Shown: positions 9,791-18,172 of the stretch, piece by piece
How positions within the stretch are numbered: position 1 is the stretch's first letter
Layout of the letters: the number at the start of each line of letters is the position of its first letter
Assembly (NCBI GenBank): GCA_937879955.1
Contig: CALFMK010000001.1
Span: 506,356 to 570,355, forward strand
From: an uncultured bacterium
GTDB lineage: Bacteria; Patescibacteriota; Minisyncoccia; Phycocordibacterales; Phycocordibacteraceae
Length of the DNA: 64,000 bases
Direction of reading: 5' to 3'
Notes under the pieces: model-generated
Database searches by the model: none
Told to the model about the DNA's origin: nothing
What the model saw: only the letters and a program-made list of their open reading frames with translations
Made by a program: the position numbers and the translations under genes

Positions 9791-9858
9791 GGGCGCCTCT
9801 CTGTTCTGTGTCTGGAGAGACACTACGTGCACCGAGCAGTGCAGTCAATTCTCGATAG

Positions 9859-9931
9859 TGCGCCCACCTGGGCTCGAACCAGGGACCGTCTCCTTAAAAG
9901 GGAGCTGCTCTACCAGCTGAGCTATGGGCGC
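9859..9931 (-). tRNA. tRNA-Lys (anticodon TTT)
   Basis: cloverleaf GCGCCCA/TGGGCGC acceptor, anticodon loop CTTTTAA, T-loop TTCGAGC. Confidence 0.85.
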
Positions 9932-9954
9932 AAGGGAACCTGACCGTTATACCG

Positions 9955-10905
9955 CTAATACGTATAGAGGTCCACGGTCTTGCCGTCGCGATCGACGAGC
10001 TTCACGGCGTCCCGCGTCGTCTTCCAGAGCTCTGCCGGATCGCCGTCGCGGTCCTCGTACTCGAGATAGATGTGCCAGGTGCGTCCGAAGAAGCTCGAGT
10101 CGTTGCGGTGCTTCTCCATGCAGCCGTTGTAATTGAGATAGTCGTCGATGAGGCGGATGCAGGCGTTCGACATCCCGCTGTCGTCAGGCGTGACGCAGGA
10201 CGGCGCGCTGCGGACCCGATCGTAGCACTTCTGGTCGCGCAGCTCGTTGCCGGTGAAGAAGCGGTCGAACTCGTCGTAGGCGGTAGGGCACTGCGTCTGG
10301 ACCGCAGGATAGAACTTCTGGCTCTGTCCGAGGTAGCCGACGCACATGTTCTCCTTGAACGAGATGCCGTTCGGCGATTCGCCCGTGATCACGTAGGCCT
10401 GCTCTCCCGGCTTGAGGATGATGTGCGCCGTGTCGTTCACGCGCCCGCGCGTCGGGAGCTCCGCGCCTTCGGGTATGCGCGCGCCGCGTCCTGAAGCGCC
10501 TGAGACCAGTCGCCAGCCGGTTATGTCGACGCTCTGGTTCCCAGACGCGGTGAGCGTGACGTATTCCTTGTCCGGGTCGGTGGCGCTGACCCCGCTCGCG
10601 GACACGGTCACCTGGCCCTTGTACGGGGACGCCTCGCCGAACGCGCGGATCTCCGACGAATCCCGCTGCAGGCCCGCGACCGTGTTCTCTATGTTCATAA
10701 TGCTGGACCAGAAGCTTCCGCCGGAGCCGTTGTATCCGTCATAGGTCCCTACGGATCCGTAGCCGTACTGCTGCGAATCCACGTCGGTGATGGGCGTGAT
10801 GTAGGGACCGGCGAACGAGATGGGCTTGGACGGCCCTCCGGTCGAGAGCCAGAGTATGAAGAAGAACGCGAGGACGCCGAAGAAGAAGAGGCCGTCGCTT
10901 TTCAT
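9955..10905 (-). CDS. secreted lamin-tail-domain (LTD) protein with C-terminal Cys-rich region
   Basis: N-terminal TM/signal segment; EYVTLTASGNQSVDITGWRL matches LTD motif; at least 10 Cys in C-terminal half. Confidence 0.6.
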   Translation of the reverse strand: MKSDGLFFFGVLAFFFILWLSTGGPSKPISFAGPYITPITDVDSQQYGYGSVGTYDGYNGSGGSFWSSIMNIENTVAGLQRDSSEIRAFGEASPYKGQVTVSASGVSATDPDKEYVTLTASGNQSVDITGWRLVSGASGRGARIPEGAELPTRGRVNDTAHIILKPGEQAYVITGESPNGISFKENMCVGYLGQSQKFYPAVQTQCPTAYDEFDRFFTGNELRDQKCYDRVRSAPSCVTPDDSGMSNACIRLIDDYLNYNGCMEKHRNDSSFFGRTWHIYLEYEDRDGDPAELWKTTRDAVKLVDRDGKTVDLYTY

Positions 10906-10924
10906 GGGCTTATAGTAGCAAGCC

Positions 10925-12190
10925 CTACTTCAATCTACGAAGCTCTTCGCGCACCACCTGCGCATCGCTCCACGGCGTCTTCGCGCCGTCCGCTCCCATG
11001 ATGTACGGATCGGTGCCTTTGCCGGTTATGAGCACGGCGTCGCCGGTACGGGCGAGGGAGAGCGCGTGCGCGATAGCCTCGCGGCGGTCCATGATGATCG
11101 CGGGTTTCTTCTCCATGCCTGCTGCCATCGCGTCGACGATCGCTCTCGGGTCCTCGTCGTACGGGTCCTCGTTCGTGAGGATCACGGCATCGCAGTGCTC
11201 CTCGGCGATCCTGCCCATCTCCGGGCGCTTCCACGTGTCGCGTCCGCCGCCCGTGTTCCCGAGCACGCAGATGCGGCGCGTCGGGTAGGCCTCGTAGAGC
11301 GCCTTCAGGGAATCCGGTGTATGCGCGTAGTCGACGATGGCCTGGAAGTCCTGGCCCTCCTCGATGCGCTCGGTGCGGCCCGGGATGCGGTCGAGCTTCG
11401 CGAGCGCCTCGCTGATGGTTGGAAGCGGGACGCCGAGGAACCGTGCCGCACGTATCACCGCGAGCGCGTTCATCACGCTGAAGCTGCCGGGCAGCTTCAG
11501 GTCGAAGCGCGTGCCCTCGTAGGTGAACGAGACCGCGCCTGGCGCGTGCACGACGTCCGATACGTCCTTGAACGAGAAGGGAAGCTTCTCCTCGACGGGA
11601 AGCGCGAGATAGGGGGTGCTCTGTACGTCGTCCGCGTTCGCGATGATGGCGCGCGGGCGCTTCGGGGAGCGCGCGAGCTCCTTCCCGATCTCGAGCTTCG
11701 CCGCGGCGTAGTTCTCGAAGGAGCCGTGCGACTCGATGTGCTCCTTCTGGAGGTTCGTGAATATGAGCGCGTCCTGGAAGAGGTAGCGATGGCGGGACTG
11801 CCGCACGCTCTCCGACGTTATCTCCACGACCGCGTGCGTTACGCCTGCGGCTCGCGCACGTCCGAGGAAGTTATGGATGAAGCCGCGTCCGGGCATCGTC
11901 ATCTTATAGAGGTTCGGCTGCGACTCGTCGTTGATCGCGAAACGGATGGTGCCCGCCACGGCGGCCTTGATGCCTGCATGGCGCAGTACCGTGAAGAGCA
12001 TGTCGGAGACCGAAGACTTTCCTTTGGTGCCGGTCACGCCGACGATCGTCATGTGCTTCGCAGGGAAGCCGTAGGACGCGGCGAGGAGGTACGCGAGCAT
12101 GCGATGGTAGGCAGGAAGGAACGGCTTCACGAGCGAGCGCGGGAGCAGCTTCTTCAGGAACTCGATGAATCCGTTCAGGAGGGCGTACAT
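10925..12190 (-). CDS. murE: Mur ligase family protein (MurE-like, short form)
   Basis: 421 aa; ATP-binding VGVTGTKGKSS motif and Mur ligase central/C-terminal layout; N-terminal domain reduced. Confidence 0.7.
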   Translation of the reverse strand: MYALLNGFIEFLKKLLPRSLVKPFLPAYHRMLAYLLAASYGFPAKHMTIVGVTGTKGKSSVSDMLFTVLRHAGIKAAVAGTIRFAINDESQPNLYKMTMPGRGFIHNFLGRARAAGVTHAVVEITSESVRQSRHRYLFQDALIFTNLQKEHIESHGSFENYAAAKLEIGKELARSPKRPRAIIANADDVQSTPYLALPVEEKLPFSFKDVSDVVHAPGAVSFTYEGTRFDLKLPGSFSVMNALAVIRAARFLGVPLPTISEALAKLDRIPGRTERIEEGQDFQAIVDYAHTPDSLKALYEAYPTRRICVLGNTGGGRDTWKRPEMGRIAEEHCDAVILTNEDPYDEDPRAIVDAMAAGMEKKPAIIMDRREAIAHALSLARTGDAVLITGKGTDPYIMGADGAKTPWSDAQVVREELRRLK

Positions 12191-12192
12191 GC

Positions 12193-12738
12193 CTATTTCG
12201 CGGAGAGCGCTGCCTTGAGTCGTGCGTCCTTGCCGACGATGCTCGTCGGGATCTTCCCGAGCGTGGTCCGTGCCTCGCGCTCGGTGTAGCCGAGCGCCAC
12301 CAAGGTATCGAAGACCTCCGAGTCGTCGGCGTCCGGTGCCGTGCCGGTACCCACCTTCTCTGAGAGCTCTACCATGAGCTTCTCAGCCGCCTTCTTCCCG
12401 AGGCCGATCACGCGGGTGAGGTAGTCGAGGTCCCGCTTGCCGATCGCGCCCTGGAGCGCCTCGTGCGGCGCCTTCCGGAGAATCGAGAGCGCGGTCTTCG
12501 GTCCCACGCCCGGCACGCCGAGCAGGAGCTCGAAGAAGGCGCGTTCCGCCTCGTCCGGAAAGCCGTAGAGCTCCATCCCGTCCTGCTTCACGGCGAGGTA
12601 GGTCTTGAGCGTTATCTCCATGCCTTCGGCATAGGTCTCGGGGGAGGCGACGTTTACGAGCGTGCCCCAGCCGGCGACGTCCACCACGATGCCGGCGGCC
12701 TCCGCGCCCACGACGATTCCCCGTACCTGCCGTATCAT
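12193..12738 (-). CDS. ruvA: Holliday junction DNA helicase RuvA
   Basis: MIRQVRGIVV start, HhH pair (LLLGVPGVGPKTALSIL) and C-terminal domain III typical of RuvA. Confidence 0.85.
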   Translation of the reverse strand: MIRQVRGIVVGAEAAGIVVDVAGWGTLVNVASPETYAEGMEITLKTYLAVKQDGMELYGFPDEAERAFFELLLGVPGVGPKTALSILRKAPHEALQGAIGKRDLDYLTRVIGLGKKAAEKLMVELSEKVGTGTAPDADDSEVFDTLVALGYTEREARTTLGKIPTSIVGKDARLKAALSAK

Positions 12739-12796
12739 GCGCATATCCTAGCATTTCCTTGCGCATATCGGTGATATGCCGTACTATCCGGGACAC

Positions 12797-13060
12797 ATGG
12801 CAATCACGAAGAACGCGAAGAAGGCGCACCGCGCATCCCTCAAGAAGCACGTATTCAACGTGCGCAGGAAGCGTGCGCTCACCGACACCGTAAAGGTGGT
12901 GAAGAAGGCTATCGGCACCGACGTAAAGGAGGCCGAGAAGTCCCTCGCGGCGGCCTACAAGGCCATCGACAAGGCGGCGAAGGGCGGCGTCATCAAGAAG
13001 AACGCGGCATCCCGCAAGAAGTCCCGCCTCGCGAAGGCGATCGGACGCGCGAAGGCGTAA
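12797..13060 (+). CDS. rpsT: 30S ribosomal protein S20
   Basis: 87 aa basic protein MAITKNAKKAHRAS... matches S20; followed by terminator. Confidence 0.85.
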   Translation: MAITKNAKKAHRASLKKHVFNVRRKRALTDTVKVVKKAIGTDVKEAEKSLAAAYKAIDKAAKGGVIKKNAASRKKSRLAKAIGRAKA

Positions 13061-13072
13061 GCCGAAGCGAAG

Positions 13073-13100
13073 AAAAGCCCCGGATTATTCCGGGGCTTTT
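13073..13100. terminator. rho-independent terminator
   Basis: AAAAGCCCCGGATTATTCCGGGGCTTTT hairpin plus T tract. Confidence 0.75.
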
Positions 13101-13136
13101 CTCTTAGATGCATGGGCGGGTGATATCATCATCCGC

Positions 13137-13664
13137 ATGAAAGGCACGCGAGCGTTCACCCTCATCGAGCTCCTCGTCGTCATCGCGATCATCGGCATCC
13201 TCTCGAGCGTCGTGCTCGCATCGCTGAACACGGCTCGCATGAAGGCGCGCAATACGCAGCGCCTCGCTGCGGTGACGGAGCTGCGGAAGGCCGCACAGCT
13301 CGGATTCAACGATCTTGGATCGTATCCGTTGGTGACGACGTGGAAATGCGTCACGCAGTCCTGCTACGGCACCTGGAACTATCCGGCGGACGCGTCGGTG
13401 GATGCATTCTTCTCGCCTTATATGGGGAAGCCCGAGGATCCTGCGTCCGGCAGGTCCGGAATCGGCGGCATCCTGTACTCGAACTGGCCGGGCGGCACGT
13501 CGTCCGCGGGGCCGAATGCGGGCGTCTATTTCCCGTCAGGCTTCTACTTTACGTACATGCTCGAGCTCTCAGGCTCCACCGTCACTGACGCCATGTGCGG
13601 GCCCGGGAAGGTCTGGACCTTTGCAGCTAATACCTACTTCCAGTGCCTGCTAAGGCTCGAGTAA
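13137..13664 (+). CDS. type IV pilin / pseudopilin-like protein
   Basis: prepilin leader plus FTLIELLVVIAIIGILSSVVLASL N-methylation/TM segment. Confidence 0.75.
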   Translation: MKGTRAFTLIELLVVIAIIGILSSVVLASLNTARMKARNTQRLAAVTELRKAAQLGFNDLGSYPLVTTWKCVTQSCYGTWNYPADASVDAFFSPYMGKPEDPASGRSGIGGILYSNWPGGTSSAGPNAGVYFPSGFYFTYMLELSGSTVTDAMCGPGKVWTFAANTYFQCLLRLE

Positions 13665-13686
13665 TCTCGTGCCGTATACTTCGAAC

Positions 13687-14229
13687 ATGGAATCATCGCC
13701 TTCGCCTCGCGGCTTCACCCTCATCGAGCTCCTCGTCGTGATCGCGATCATCGGCATCCTCTCGAGCGTCGTGCTCGCGTCGCTCAGTACTGCGCGCACG
13801 AAGGGTCAGATCGCGGCGGCGAAGGCCGACATGAGCACGTTCGTGAAGGCGGTTACAATCGCGCAGGGCGAGGGCAGCAAGCGTCTCAGTACCATGTCTG
13901 CCGAGGGCGGCTCTGGCACGTCGAACTGCAGTCAGTGCGCGTGTACGGCGGCGACCGACCTTAGGAATATCTCATCCACGAGCCAGTGCTACATCAATTG
14001 GATCGGCGTCCTGACAGGCGTGCAGGCGAATACCGGTGGCCTCGTGACGAACCTCACGTCCATGACACGCGATCCCTGGGGAAGCCCGTATCTCGTGGAT
14101 GAGAATCAGGGAGAGGCGGGGAACTGTTCCTCATTCGACTCGCTTCGGTCTGCGGGTCCGGACGGCATCAAGAGCACCAGTGACGATGTCGTCGGTCCTC
14201 AGATACCACTCTCGCCGACGTGCCCGTAG
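13687..14229 (+). CDS. type IV pilin / pseudopilin-like protein
   Basis: GFTLIELLVVIAIIGILSSVVLASL prepilin N-terminus; 4 Cys in C-terminal region; alternative start 13669. Confidence 0.7.
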   Translation: MESSPSPRGFTLIELLVVIAIIGILSSVVLASLSTARTKGQIAAAKADMSTFVKAVTIAQGEGSKRLSTMSAEGGSGTSNCSQCACTAATDLRNISSTSQCYINWIGVLTGVQANTGGLVTNLTSMTRDPWGSPYLVDENQGEAGNCSSFDSLRSAGPDGIKSTSDDVVGPQIPLSPTCP

Positions 14230-14237
14230 ATAATCAG

Positions 14238-14309
14238 TGCTCTCAGTAGGAATCGAACCTACATCTCAGGCTTCGGAGGCCTACGCTCTATCCATTGAGC
14301 TATGAGAGC
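14238..14309 (-). tRNA. tRNA-Arg (anticodon CCG)
   Basis: GCTCTCA/TGAGAGC acceptor, anticodon stem TAGGC/GCCTG, loop CTCCGAA. Confidence 0.85.
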
Positions 14310-14983
14310 GTGCGGCCAATTTCACGGCCGAGCGCTATGAGTTCTCGCTGAATAGCACTCGAAGCATAGTGCACATTGCAGATGCCCGCAAAGTTTTCGC
14401 GGTAATTCTTTCCCGTGCCACGAGGTTTTACGTACGGCTTCCAGAATTGCGATTTCGGAACCCCTAACTTCTTAGACCAGAAAGTAAGCACCTTGGCTTG
14501 GATATGAGTCTCGTGTATCTGGAGCGCGATGCGTATACGCGACTCATCTATGCTGTATGCGCGCCTGAGTAAGGTGAGGAAAAGAAGGGCGAGATCGGCA
14601 TCGGTGTTGGTGAACTTCAAATTTCCCTCCTGCTTTCCTCCTTCTGCCCAGTAGAGCATCGCGAGTAGGGCTTTATCAAGATTCATGTCACGCAGATTCA
14701 GCGCGTCCGCTACTTTCTTTGCGCTGATTTCGGCGTTAGCGATCCGTTCGAGGCGCTTTCTTCGTATCGTTACGACTGCGAGCTTCCGGGCACTTCTCAA
14801 GTGACGCAGCTGACGTTCTGGATCTCGAGGTATCGCTTCGCGCGTAGCCCATAGCGAAAGGGTGCTCTTCGGAACTCCAAGGCGGGTGCATATTTCTGAA
14901 TAGGGAACCTTCTTCCTTAGCAGTGCCATTGCTTCCGACTTCACTTCGTCAGACCATCTGTTCATATTATAGATTATATACAA
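14300..14983 (-). CDS. HTH-domain protein with LAGLIDADG-like motif (putative homing-endonuclease-like, lower-GC gene)
   Basis: 227 aa; N-terminal HTH (EICTRLGVPKSTLSLW); LAMLYWAEGG resembles LAGLIDADG; about 50% GC versus about 65% flanks; stop overlaps 5' end of tRNA-Arg. Confidence 0.4.
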   Translation of the reverse strand: MYIIYNMNRWSDEVKSEAMALLRKKVPYSEICTRLGVPKSTLSLWATREAIPRDPERQLRHLRSARKLAVVTIRRKRLERIANAEISAKKVADALNLRDMNLDKALLAMLYWAEGGKQEGNLKFTNTDADLALLFLTLLRRAYSIDESRIRIALQIHETHIQAKVLTFWSKKLGVPKSQFWKPYVKPRGTGKNYRENFAGICNVHYASSAIQRELIALGREIGRTLS

Positions 14984-15026
14984 TATAAGAGTATCTATCT
15001 ATAATTGCTTTTCTGGTCATCACTAA

Positions 15027-15056
15027 AGCAAAAGCGCCCGCACGGGCGCTTTTGCT
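15027..15056. terminator. terminator hairpin
   Basis: GCAAAAGCGCCCGCACGGGCGCTTTTGC. Confidence 0.7.
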
Positions 15057-15062
15057 TATGTG

Positions 15063-15134
15063 TGCTCTCGGATGGAATCGAACCATCATTTTAACTTCCG
15101 CAAAGTTATGTCCTATCCATTGAACGACGAGAGC
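15063..15134 (-). tRNA. tRNA-Arg (anticodon GCG, unusual)
   Basis: GCTCTCG/CGAGAGC acceptor, anticodon stem TAACT/AGTTA, loop TTGCGGA (G37 consistent with CGN-reading tRNA). Confidence 0.7.
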
Positions 15135-15195
15135 AGGTCCGTTCCTCGGGAATGAGGGCTGGGTAGAACGACTCTACCGCACCAGGGCCCGTAAA

Positions 15196-15669
15196 TCAAA
15201 GGCGCAGCAGGTCGATGATGCGGTCGACGGCCGATTCGTCATGCTTTCCTTCCTCGATGTGGTCGGCGAAGAACTCGTACACCTCGAGCGGATCGGGGCC
15301 GACGATAGGGATGAGGAGATGCGGCGCGAACACCTTGCGAGTCCGGAGCGAGAGGGCAGGAGGCATCTTCGGGTCGAGGTACTCGAGCACCGAGAACGAG
15401 ATGATGCTGTCGTACTCGTAGAGGTTGTCGTCGATCATCACGCCGTCCTCCGTTATCCGGAACTGATGGAGACGCGGGCGCTTCAGGGTAGAGAGCGCGA
15501 GCGTGCCGCTCGCCGCGAGGATGAGGAGCGCGAGGATGACGTTGCCGAAGAGCGCGCTCGCGATCGCGGACGCGAGCGCCACGATGCCGAGCGACCAGTA
15601 CCAGTCAGCGCTCTTCTCCTCGAAGAGGTATCCGACCGCTTCCCATTCGAAGAAGACCGCGCGTGCCAT
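15196..15669 (-). CDS. hypothetical membrane protein
   Basis: two TM helices after MARAVFFEWE start; ORF extends to 15705. Confidence 0.5.
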   Translation of the reverse strand: MARAVFFEWEAVGYLFEEKSADWYWSLGIVALASAIASALFGNVILALLILAASGTLALSTLKRPRLHQFRITEDGVMIDDNLYEYDSIISFSVLEYLDPKMPPALSLRTRKVFAPHLLIPIVGPDPLEVYEFFADHIEEGKHDESAVDRIIDLLRL

Positions 15670-15732
15670 AGATAGGGGAATGATAGCACTCGTACGCGCG
15701 TCCATGGACGCGAAGTCACACGTTCTCCTGTG

Positions 15733-15817
15733 CGGACGGGGTGGGATTCGAACCCACGAGACCTCTCGGCCTGGCTGTTTTCAAGACAGCTCGTTTCGAC
15801 CACTCACGCACCCGTCC
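15733..15817 (-). tRNA. tRNA-Ser (anticodon TGA)
   Basis: type II tRNA with long variable arm, anticodon loop CTTGAAA, acceptor GGACGGG/CCCGTCC. Confidence 0.85.
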
Positions 15818-15830
15818 GTATCTATGAGTT

Positions 15831-16112
15831 TTACGCGTCCGTCGCGCTTGGCGCAACCGCAGGTGCCGGCGCGACGTAGGACTGCTTGTCCTTCCGGAAG
15901 GCGAAGAGATACACGAGCTCGAGTATGCCGAGCGTATTGAGGACGAGCACCGCCACGAACCAGTACGGCTGCCTGTTCCTCGCGGCGTACCAGAGCGCGA
16001 ACGCCTTGATGACGGTGGTCCAGATCGTGAGGAAGATGAATACGGTCAGGAGCGCGACGTGCGGTATGGCAGATATGAAAGGAAGGCTCTCGATGCTCGG
16101 GTACGGGATCAT
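15831..16112 (-). CDS. small membrane protein (93 aa)
   Basis: internal start MIPYPSIESLPF; two TM helices; upstream part of ORF would overlap ruvX. Confidence 0.45.
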   Translation of the reverse strand: MIPYPSIESLPFISAIPHVALLTVFIFLTIWTTVIKAFALWYAARNRQPYWFVAVLVLNTLGILELVYLFAFRKDKQSYVAPAPAVAPSATDA

Positions 16113-16160
16113 ATGCGCCCGAGTGTAGCATGCAGCCCGCAGGCACTGTACGATGCATCC

Positions 16161-16559
16161 ATGCGCTACATGGGCATCGATTTCGGCACGAAGAAGGTGG
16201 GCATCGCGTTTTCTGACGAGGCCGGCCAGATGGGATTCCCGTACGGGATCATCCCGAACGACGGACGGCTCATCGACGAGATCCTTGCGCTCATCGAGCG
16301 CAAGGAGGTAGGCGCCGTTGTGATCGGGGAATCTCGCGATTATGCGGGCAACGAGAACGCGGTGGCCAAGCACGCGAAGGAGTTCGCGATGCTGCTCGAG
16401 AGACGCTCGGGCCTGCGCGCCGCGTTCGAGCCGGAGATGCTCACCACCCAGGAGGCCCGACGCGACTTCGAGGGTGTGCGCGTTGCCGGGAGTCCGAACG
16501 TCGACGCGTCGGCCGCCGCCCTCATCCTTACCAGCTACCTATCCCGTACCCATGCCTGA
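16161..16559 (+). CDS. ruvX: Holliday junction resolvase-like protein RuvX/YqgF
   Basis: MGIDFGTKKVGIAFSD RNase-H-like motif, C-terminal DASAAALILTSYL as in YqgF. Confidence 0.8.
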   Translation: MRYMGIDFGTKKVGIAFSDEAGQMGFPYGIIPNDGRLIDEILALIERKEVGAVVIGESRDYAGNENAVAKHAKEFAMLLERRSGLRAAFEPEMLTTQEARRDFEGVRVAGSPNVDASAAALILTSYLSRTHA

Positions 16560-16941
16560 AGAGATTATTGAAGAGAAGCCTGAGGAGGTCGTCGAAGAGT
16601 CATCGACGCCGCGCATCTCCATAGACGAGTTCGCGAAGATCAAGGTGCAGGTGGGCACCGTCCTGTCCGCCGCGCTCGTACCCGAGACCGAGAAGCTGCT
16701 CCGCCTTTCGGTCGACTTCGGCGAGCCGAAAGGTCCGCGCCAGATCGTGTCGGGCATCCGCGCGTACGTGGAGGAGCCTGAGGACCTCGTCGGGCGCCAG
16801 CTCGCGTTCGTGACGAACCTCGCGCCGCGGAAGATCAAGGGGTTCGAGTCCGACGGCATGCTGTTCGCGGTGGGGGAGGCGGATGCGTTCGCGTTCCTCA
16901 CGCCTGACCGTCCGATCCCTCCTGGTACGTCCGCGCACTAG
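16552..16941 (+). CDS. tRNA-binding domain protein (Myf/CsaA-like, MetRS C-terminal-type domain)
   Basis: 129 aa; FAKIKVQVGTVLSAALVPETEKLLRLSVDFGE OB-fold tRNA-binding signature; start overlaps ruvX stop. Confidence 0.7.
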   Translation: MPEEIIEEKPEEVVEESSTPRISIDEFAKIKVQVGTVLSAALVPETEKLLRLSVDFGEPKGPRQIVSGIRAYVEEPEDLVGRQLAFVTNLAPRKIKGFESDGMLFAVGEADAFAFLTPDRPIPPGTSAH

Positions 16942-16988
16942 GCCCTCTTTCGTTGACCCCTCTGGTCGGGGCGGATACTGTTATTTAC

Positions 16989-17060
16989 GCCCCTATAGCT
17001 TAATGGATAAAGCTGCGGACTTCTAAGCCGTCGATCTTGGTTCGATTCCAGGTGGGGGCA
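16989..17060 (+). tRNA. tRNA-Arg (anticodon TCT)
   Basis: acceptor GCCCCTA/TGGGGGC, T-loop TTCGATT, loop CTTCTAA; anticodon stem has one mismatch so lower confidence. Confidence 0.65.
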
Positions 17061-17080
17061 CATTGTAGCGGCTCCGGTAT

Positions 17081-17575
17081 ATGATTAGGCGAGTGAACGA
17101 ATCGTCTCTCAACAGCCGGGGCTTCACCCTCATCGAGCTCCTCGTCGTGATCGCGATCATCGGCATCCTCTCGAGCGTCGTGCTCGCGTCCTTGAACAAC
17201 GCTCGCGCGAAGGCTCGTGACGCGGAGCGGAAGTCCGACATGCGTGCGGTGCTGAACGCGCTCGACCTCTACGCGTTCGACAATGGCGGGAAGTACCCGA
17301 TCGCGGCGAACCCGGGTACCGGCTGCGCAGGCGCTCGTCCAGGGTACTGTCTCGGTGACAGCAACGTGGTCGCGGCGCTCGTCCCGCAGTATCTCCCGGA
17401 GATGCCGCACGATCCGCTGTATGCGAACACGACGAACGACTATCTGTATCAGCAACTGAACCAGAGTGTGTACATCCTCCTCGCGAAGAGCGAGAAGCTC
17501 AACAGCTGGTGCGTGCCGCCATCGTCAGCGATGTACGTAGGGCATGCCTGGTTGACCTCCTATCCCTCCTGCTAG
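17081..17575 (+). CDS. type IV pilin / pseudopilin-like protein
   Basis: GFTLIELLVVIAIIGILSSVVLASL prepilin N-terminus; Cys pairs in C-terminal region. Confidence 0.75.
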   Translation: MIRRVNESSLNSRGFTLIELLVVIAIIGILSSVVLASLNNARAKARDAERKSDMRAVLNALDLYAFDNGGKYPIAANPGTGCAGARPGYCLGDSNVVAALVPQYLPEMPHDPLYANTTNDYLYQQLNQSVYILLAKSEKLNSWCVPPSSAMYVGHAWLTSYPSC

Positions 17576-17622
17576 CCTCCTGGGTTCATCTTGAGGACTG
17601 CAGGTGCTACAGTCCTACAGAC

Positions 17623-17707
17623 GCGCACGTGGCGGAATTGGTATACGCGTACGTCTCAGAAGCGTATGGAGCAATCCTTGGAGGTTCAAGTCCTCTCGTG
17701 CGCACCA
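17623..17707 (+). tRNA. tRNA-Leu (anticodon CAG), CCA encoded
   Basis: type II tRNA, anticodon stem TACGT/GCGTA loop CTCAGAA, T-arm GGAGGTTCAAGTCCTCT, 3' ACCA. Confidence 0.8.
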
Positions 17708-17708
17708 C

Positions 17709-17740
17709 GGAGAAAGGCCGGCGATATGCCGGCCTTTCTC
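17709..17740. terminator. perfect 13-bp stem hairpin between convergent tRNA genes
   Basis: GAGAAAGGCCGGC-GATA-TGCCGGCCTTTCTC. Confidence 0.6.
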
Positions 17741-17748
17741 GTTTCCGG

Positions 17749-17821
17749 TGCGCGATGCAAGACTCGAACTTGCGACCATCCCGGTGTAAACGGGGTGCTC
17801 TACCAACTGAGCTAATCGCGC
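17749..17821 (-). tRNA. tRNA-Val (anticodon TAC)
   Basis: GCGCGAT/ATCGCGC acceptor, anticodon stem CCCCG/CGGGA loop TTTACAC. Confidence 0.85.
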
Positions 17822-17893
17822 GCAGAGGTAGAGTAGCGCAGATTCCGGATATTTTGAAGTGACCTAGGCCAGTCGTGCTAGGTTCTTATCTAT

Positions 17894-18172
17894 ATGCCCG
17901 AACGCCTCGAAGCCATCGTCTCCGGAAGGGTGCAGCTCGTGATGTACCGGGATTTCGCGCAGCGCAAGGCTCGCGGAATGAAGCTCGCGGGCACCGTGCA
18001 GAATCTTTCGGACGGGACGGTCCGCGTCATCGCGGAAGGTCCGCGCGAATCGCTCGACCGCTATCTCGCGAAGCTTCATGGCGGGCCGCTCCTCGCGAAG
18101 GTGGATGGCGTGGACGCAACGTGGCTCCCTGCGACTGGCGAGTTCGAAGGATTCGAGATCATCTATGGATAA
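17894..18172 (+). CDS. acyP: acylphosphatase
   Basis: 92 aa; VSGRVQLVMYR and GxVQN motifs of acylphosphatase fold. Confidence 0.8.
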   Translation: MPERLEAIVSGRVQLVMYRDFAQRKARGMKLAGTVQNLSDGTVRVIAEGPRESLDRYLAKLHGGPLLAKVDGVDATWLPATGEFEGFEIIYG

